Shown: positions 59,014-64,000 of the stretch, in pieces | Numbering within the stretch: position 1 is the stretch's first letter | How the letters are laid out: every line of letters starts with the position of its first letter | Origin: Candidatus Omnitrophota bacterium | GTDB taxonomy: Bacteria > Omnitrophota > Gorgyraeia > S143-82 | Direction of reading: 5' to 3' | DNA: 64,000 nucleotides | Assembly (NCBI GenBank): GCA_015494465.1 | Contig: WGBD01000002.1 | Location: forward strand, 131,683-195,682 | Program-made: the position numbers and the translations under genes | Notes under the pieces: model-generated | Database searches by the model: none | What the model was told of the DNA's origin: nothing | The model's input: the letters and a program-made list of their open reading frames with translations, nothing else

Positions 59014-60086
59014 ATCCGTTTGCCAAAGATCGCCTTCACCAAGGCGGACTTGTCCACCGGATAGGTCCTCTTGCTGGGCTTTACGACCGCCACCGCCCGA
59101 TCGGGGTCCTTTAGGCCGTGTCCGGTGAGTATGCACACGATTACGAACGGTCTTTTTATCTTTGCGAAGTAGCCCTCTTTTGCCTTCTTGAGAATCCCCG
59201 CCACTGAGGCCGCGGAGGCTGGTTCAGCAAAGATCCCCACTTCCCTGGCCATCAGTTTATAGGCCGAGATTATCTCCCTATCCGTCACCACATCTATGAG
59301 ACCTCTGGATTCCTTCACCGCGTTAACCGCGCCCTGCCAACTGGCGGGATTGCCTATCTTTATCGCGGTAGCGATGGTGCGGGGGTGTTTTATCGGTCTG
59401 CCCTTGACTATCGGTGCCGCCCCGCTGGCCTGAAAGCCCAGCATCTTGGGAAGGCGGGAGACGAATCCCCGCTCTTTATATTCCTTGTACCCCTTCCAAT
59501 ATGCGGTGATGTTCCCCGCATTGCCCACCGGGATGGCGTGGAAGTCCGGCACCCTTCCCAGTTGACGGCATATCTCTATCGCGCCGGTCTTCTGTCCCTC
59601 TATACGATAGGGGTTTATGGAATTCACCAATTCTATGGGATACTCCTGAGAGATCTCCCGCACTAGCCTCAATGCGTCGTCGAAGTTGCCCTCTATAGGG
59701 AGGACTTGGGCACCGTGGATCAGGGCCTGAGACAGCTTCCCGTAGGCAATGTTACCGGCGGGGATCACCACCACCGACTTTATCCCTGCCCTTGCAGCGT
59801 AGGCGGCGGCAGCAGCGGAGGTATTCCCGGTAGAGGCACAGATCACCGCCTTGGCACCTGCCTCCACCGCCTTGGACACCGCAACGGTCATACCCCGGTC
59901 CTTGAACGAGCCGGTAGGATTCATGCCCTCGAACTTGAGATACACCTGGGCATAGGGGCTTATCCTCTCGGCGATCTTGGGGGCCGGGATAAGCGGGGTA
60001 TTACCCTCCAGGAGGGTGACGATCGGCGTCTTCCGGCTGACCGGGAGAAAGTCCCAGTACTCCTTTATCACACCTCTCCAGGCCAT
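59010..60086 (-). CDS. thrC: Threonine synthase
   Basis: EGNTPL, NPTGSFKDRG, CASTGNTS, PVGNAGN, TGHGLKDP motifs. Confidence 0.96.
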   Translation of the reverse strand: MAWRGVIKEYWDFLPVSRKTPIVTLLEGNTPLIPAPKIAERISPYAQVYLKFEGMNPTGSFKDRGMTVAVSKAVEAGAKAVICASTGNTSAAAAAYAARAGIKSVVVIPAGNIAYGKLSQALIHGAQVLPIEGNFDDALRLVREISQEYPIELVNSINPYRIEGQKTGAIEICRQLGRVPDFHAIPVGNAGNITAYWKGYKEYKERGFVSRLPKMLGFQASGAAPIVKGRPIKHPRTIATAIKIGNPASWQGAVNAVKESRGLIDVVTDREIISAYKLMAREVGIFAEPASAASVAGILKKAKEGYFAKIKRPFVIVCILTGHGLKDPDRAVAVVKPSKRTYPVDKSALVKAIFGKRI

Positions 60087-60100
60087 ATTCCAACCCCTTT

Positions 60101-61384
60101 TTACAGGTCCACTATCCTTATCAGGACCGGCTCCCTCTTCACCACATCCAAGGCGGATATCTCCTCAAGGGCCTTGCGCATCTTCCCTTCGTCCACCTCA
60201 TGGGTTATCAATATCAGCGGAACCGTGTTGTTGCGCCCCTTCGCCCGTTCGGTCTGCTGAACCGAGGCGATACTCACCGAATGTGCCCCTAAGACCCCAG
60301 AGATCTTAGCCAAGACTCCCGGTTTGTCCACCACCGTAAGCCTCAGGTAATAACGCGACTCCACCCCAGCCAACCTCGGCGAGAAGTCCACCGCAGACCG
60401 TACCTGCGGACCTCCCCACAGCCTGCGCCGGCCTGCGTCCACTATGTCGCTGACCACCGCGCTGGCGGTAGGAAACCTGCCCGCGCCCCGACCGTAGAAC
60501 ATCATATCCCCTGCAGAGTCGCTCTTCACATAGAGGGCGTTGAAGACCCCGTCCACACTGGCGAGTAGGTGCTCTTCCGGGACCAGGGCAGGGTGCACTC
60601 TTATGTCCAGACCCTCCCTGCGCTGTTCTGCCACTGCCAACAACTTTATCCTATAGCCCATCTCCCCGGCGTAAAGCAGGTCCAACAGTTCCACCCGGGT
60701 AATGCCCTCCGTGGGTATCTTATCGGGATGCACATACTTGCCAAAGGATATCAGGGCGAGGAGGGATACCTTGTGGGCGGAATCTATCCCCTCCACATCC
60801 AGACTAGGATCCTTCTCTGCATAGCCCAACTCCTGGGCCTGCCTTAGGACCGCGTCGAACTCCATAGCGGAGTCGAACATGGAGGTCAGTATGTAATTGC
60901 AGGTGCCGTTCACTATCCCGTAAAGCCCGTGTATGCGGTTCACCACCAAGGCCTCGCGGATACCCTTTATCACCGGTATCGCCCCGCACACCGAGGCCTC
61001 GAAGAAGAGGTTCTCCCCCAGCCTTCCGATAGAGAATATCTCTTCCGCATACTCCGACACGAGGGCCTTGTTGGCGGTGACGACTATCTTTCCATTTTTC
61101 AGGGCGGAGAGCACTATATCCTTTGCCACCTTCGTCCCGCCGACCAGTTCCACGACTATGTCTACCCGGGGATCGCCCACCACCTTCTTCCAGTCCTTGG
61201 TGGTTATCTCCCCGGGGACCTTACCGATCCCCCTGTCCCGGGAGAAATCCCGGTCGCAGAGGCTAAGCAACCGGATGTCCATCCCGGTACGCGAAGCCAG
61301 CAGTCTCCTACGGCTAAGCAACAACTTGACCACGCCCGCACCGATGGTGCCAAATCCAATCACTCCAACCCCTACCGATCTCAC
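60101..61384 (-). CDS. hom: Homoserine dehydrogenase with ACT domain
   Basis: GFGTIG, VTANKA, EASVCGAIP, NGTCNYIL, GYAE.DP, GAG..PTASAV motifs. Confidence 0.95.
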   Translation of the reverse strand: MRSVGVGVIGFGTIGAGVVKLLLSRRRLLASRTGMDIRLLSLCDRDFSRDRGIGKVPGEITTKDWKKVVGDPRVDIVVELVGGTKVAKDIVLSALKNGKIVVTANKALVSEYAEEIFSIGRLGENLFFEASVCGAIPVIKGIREALVVNRIHGLYGIVNGTCNYILTSMFDSAMEFDAVLRQAQELGYAEKDPSLDVEGIDSAHKVSLLALISFGKYVHPDKIPTEGITRVELLDLLYAGEMGYRIKLLAVAEQRREGLDIRVHPALVPEEHLLASVDGVFNALYVKSDSAGDMMFYGRGAGRFPTASAVVSDIVDAGRRRLWGGPQVRSAVDFSPRLAGVESRYYLRLTVVDKPGVLAKISGVLGAHSVSIASVQQTERAKGRNNTVPLILITHEVDEGKMRKALEEISALDVVKREPVLIRIVDL

Positions 61385-61962
61385 CTCGTCTGTCCTCCTG
61401 TCAATTCCTCCTCCAGGAGCTCCGCCAGTATGTGAAGGCAGACCTCGTGGACCTCCTGTATCCGGGGCGTGCTCTCCGAAGGCACCTTTATACAGGCATC
61501 GCTCAAGGCCTCCAACTCCGAAGGCCTGCCTCCTATGAGGCTTACCACCTTCAACCCTTTCTCCTTGGCGAGTCGCCCCGCTCGAATCACATTGGCAGAG
61601 GATCCAGAGGTGGATATCCCGACGAAGACATCCCCGTCCTCTCCCAAGGCCTCGACCTCGCGCTCAAAGACGGTCTCGTAGCCGAGGTCGTTGGCGCAGG
61701 CGGTCAGGACAGCCGGGTTCACTCCCAAGGCAATGCAGGGCAGGGCGGAGCGGTTTTTACGAAACCTCACCACCAACTCCCCACAGAAGTGCTGGGCATC
61801 GGAACAACTCCCACCGTTCCCGCAGATAAGGACCTTTTTCCCCGATCTTAAGGCCTCAGACAGCAGAGAAAAGGCCTTCTGGAGATCGGGAAGGCAGCAG
61901 TCCAGAAACCTCTGTTTGACCGCTATAGACTCCTCTAAGAGAGATCTGATCTTATCTTCCAT
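61381..61962 (-). CDS. gmhA: D-sedoheptulose-7-phosphate isomerase
   Basis: CGNGGS..DAQH, ANDLGY, ISTSG, RIQEVH motifs. Confidence 0.93.
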   Translation of the reverse strand: MEDKIRSLLEESIAVKQRFLDCCLPDLQKAFSLLSEALRSGKKVLICGNGGSCSDAQHFCGELVVRFRKNRSALPCIALGVNPAVLTACANDLGYETVFEREVEALGEDGDVFVGISTSGSSANVIRAGRLAKEKGLKVVSLIGGRPSELEALSDACIKVPSESTPRIQEVHEVCLHILAELLEEELTGGQTR

Positions 61963-61964
61963 GC

Positions 61965-62591
61965 CTACACATCCATGTTCCTAAAGGGAATGGGGACCTC
62001 TTCCTCGTTTACCTCTTGACCGCGCGGTTTCTTTGGTTCGGAGACCTTTATCACCTTCACCCTGACCTTCACCGGTGCGGAGATACCTATGATCTCTCTT
62101 ATCCTCTCAGATACGAGATCCTGGATCCTCTCGCTTATCTCCTTCAGGTGGACATTTGGTTTCATCACCACCCGCACATCCACCACCAAGGCCTTGCCCA
62201 GCATATACGAATCCTGACGGATCTCCAAGATCTCTTTGATCTCCTTGCCCACCTCCTTTACGATGTTCTCCACCGGGGAATGGAGGGAGATCATTATCTC
62301 CCCCGAAGGGGTCTTGAACTTCACCGTCTTGTCCCTATGGGGGCCTCCAAAACTCAGTCCCCACAACAGGAAGGTCAGGCCCAAAAGCCCAACTCCCGTC
62401 CAAAACACATACGAGAGGTAGGTAGGATTGCTATACAGCAGGTCTATACCGTTCCTCACCACTTCCTGGGGTATCCCTATGTATTCCCCCAGACCAATCG
62501 CCTCCGCCCCTACCATCATTAACAACAGGGCCACGAATATAGTCAACGCACTGTACACGAACACCGCAAACAGGGCACCAAAGTTCCGCAT
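61965..62591 (-). CDS. AmaP-like alkaline-shock response membrane anchor protein
   Basis: Two N-terminal TMs, GEIMIS and IQ..V...I..I.G Asp23-like C-terminal fold; downstream of accC as in many genomes. Confidence 0.65.
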   Translation of the reverse strand: MRNFGALFAVFVYSALTIFVALLLMMVGAEAIGLGEYIGIPQEVVRNGIDLLYSNPTYLSYVFWTGVGLLGLTFLLWGLSFGGPHRDKTVKFKTPSGEIMISLHSPVENIVKEVGKEIKEILEIRQDSYMLGKALVVDVRVVMKPNVHLKEISERIQDLVSERIREIIGISAPVKVRVKVIKVSEPKKPRGQEVNEEEVPIPFRNMDV

Positions 62592-62609
62592 ACCCCACCC
62601 CCTTTGATT

Positions 62610-63974
62610 TTACACGCACTCCATCAGTCTCTCGTCTATGTAGTTGGTCGAGTACCGCCCCAAAGCAAAGGCGGGATCGCCCATTATCATCTCGTGCAGA
62701 GGGATCAATGTCTTCACAGGATAGATCACGAACTCCCCCAAGGCCCTAGCCATGATGGTAATGGCCTCGTCTCTGGTCTTCCCGTAAGAGATCACCTTGG
62801 CCAACAGGGAGTCGTAAAAGGGAGGCACCTCGTAGCCACCGTATATGTGGGTATCCACCCTAATCCCCCTCCCGCCAGGGATGTAAAGGTATTCAATCCG
62901 GCCTGGTGAAGGACGAAAGTTGTTCTCCCAGTCCTCTGCGTTTATCCTACACTCTATTGCGTGTCCGTTGATACGGATGTCCCTCTGCCTGTATCTTAGC
63001 CTTTCACCGGATGCCATGCGGATCTGCTCTTTTATCAGGTCGATCCCGGTTATCATCTCTGTGACCGGGTGTTCCACCTGGATGCGGGTATTCATCTCTA
63101 TGAAGTAGAAGTTCCCCTCCTCGTCCATCAGGAACTCCATGGTCCCCACATTGGTATACCCTACTGCCTTAGCGCCCTTTACCGCCAATTCCCCCAGCCT
63201 CTCCCTCTGCTTCTGAGAGAGCACGGGAGAAGGGGCTTCCTCTACGAGTTTTTGATGTTTCCTCTGTATAGTGCAGTCCCTTTCCCAAAGGTGGACAACA
63301 TTGCCGTACTTGTCCGCCAATATCTGGACCTCTATGTGGCGGGGATTGGCTATGAACTTCTCGATGTAGAGTCCACCGTCTCCAAAGGCCGCCTCTGCCT
63401 CCCTCTGGGCGGTTATAAACTCGTTGCGGAGGGACATGTCGTTGTGGCAGACCCTCATCCCCTTTCCCCCCCCACCCGCAGAGGCCTTTATCATCACCGG
63501 ATAGCCGATACGCCGAGCGATCTCTACCGCCTCTTCGGGGCTGTTAACCTTACCATCGCTACCCGGTATGACCGGTAAACCCGCCTTCTTCATCAGCTCT
63601 CTGGCCCTGACCTTGTCCCCCATCATGGATATGTTCTCCGGGCTAGGGCCGATAAATGTGATGTTGCAGGAGCGACAGACCTCTGCAAAGCGGGCGTTTT
63701 CCGCGAGGAATCCGTAACCGGGATGGATTGCGTCCACATCTGCAACCTCGGCAGCGCTTATAATCGCAGGGATGTTGAGGTAGCTGTCCTTGCTAGGCCC
63801 TGGGCCTATGCAGATGGCATCGTCCGCTAGGGAGACATGCACGCAGTTTTCGTCTGCCTTGGAATAGACTGCCACCGGAGATATGCCCAACTCCCTACAG
63901 GCGCGGATGATCCGCACCGCTATCTCGCCTCGATTGGCTATCAGGATCCTGGAAAACATCTGCGCCTCGCTCAC
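62610..63974 (-). CDS. accC: Acetyl-CoA carboxylase biotin carboxylase
   Basis: [45 protein letters not shown] motifs. Confidence 0.97.
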   Translation of the reverse strand: MSEAQMFSRILIANRGEIAVRIIRACRELGISPVAVYSKADENCVHVSLADDAICIGPGPSKDSYLNIPAIISAAEVADVDAIHPGYGFLAENARFAEVCRSCNITFIGPSPENISMMGDKVRARELMKKAGLPVIPGSDGKVNSPEEAVEIARRIGYPVMIKASAGGGGKGMRVCHNDMSLRNEFITAQREAEAAFGDGGLYIEKFIANPRHIEVQILADKYGNVVHLWERDCTIQRKHQKLVEEAPSPVLSQKQRERLGELAVKGAKAVGYTNVGTMEFLMDEEGNFYFIEMNTRIQVEHPVTEMITGIDLIKEQIRMASGERLRYRQRDIRINGHAIECRINAEDWENNFRPSPGRIEYLYIPGGRGIRVDTHIYGGYEVPPFYDSLLAKVISYGKTRDEAITIMARALGEFVIYPVKTLIPLHEMIMGDPAFALGRYSTNYIDERLMECV

Positions 63975-64000
63975 TCGGGTCTGATCAGGAACAGGACCTG
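63971..64000 (-). CDS. accB: 3' end of biotin carboxyl carrier protein (partial)
   Basis: Reads QVLFLIRPE-stop, the typical BCCP C-terminus, overlapping the accC start. Confidence 0.7.
   Translation of the reverse strand, partial: QVLFLIRPE

Overview
Gene-dense chromosomal window from a diderm bacterium. The Glu/Lys/Arg/Val-rich proteins suggest a thermophile, and the gene content is reminiscent of PVC-group lineages such as Ca. Omnitrophota (both are inferences). All credible genes lie on the minus strand. It holds three tRNAs (Ile2-CAT, Ser-TGA, Gln-CTG) and many housekeeping genes (rpsP-trmD-rplS, trpE/trpC, ilvBN, pgk, pyrRBC, purH, hom/thrC, accBC, rho, coaE, ispF, a UvrD/PcrA helicase, Ktr, a partial V/A-ATPase, a GldAFG-like ABC system). 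A type IV pilus locus is headed by a c-di-GMP-I riboswitch. The most intriguing element is a ParA/Soj ATPase fused to an AMPK-beta-like glycogen-binding CBM48 domain, next to a membrane-anchored carbohydrate-binding protein, a candidate glycogen-granule positioning system. Other notable items are a split DNA polymerase I with a TTT-TGA +1 junction, a GalT enzyme/pseudoenzyme pair, a prepilin whose cleavage site lies 125 residues in, a shared looped Shine-Dalgarno-like leader motif, and a histone H1-like basic protein. No integrase, transposase or CRISPR array was seen.
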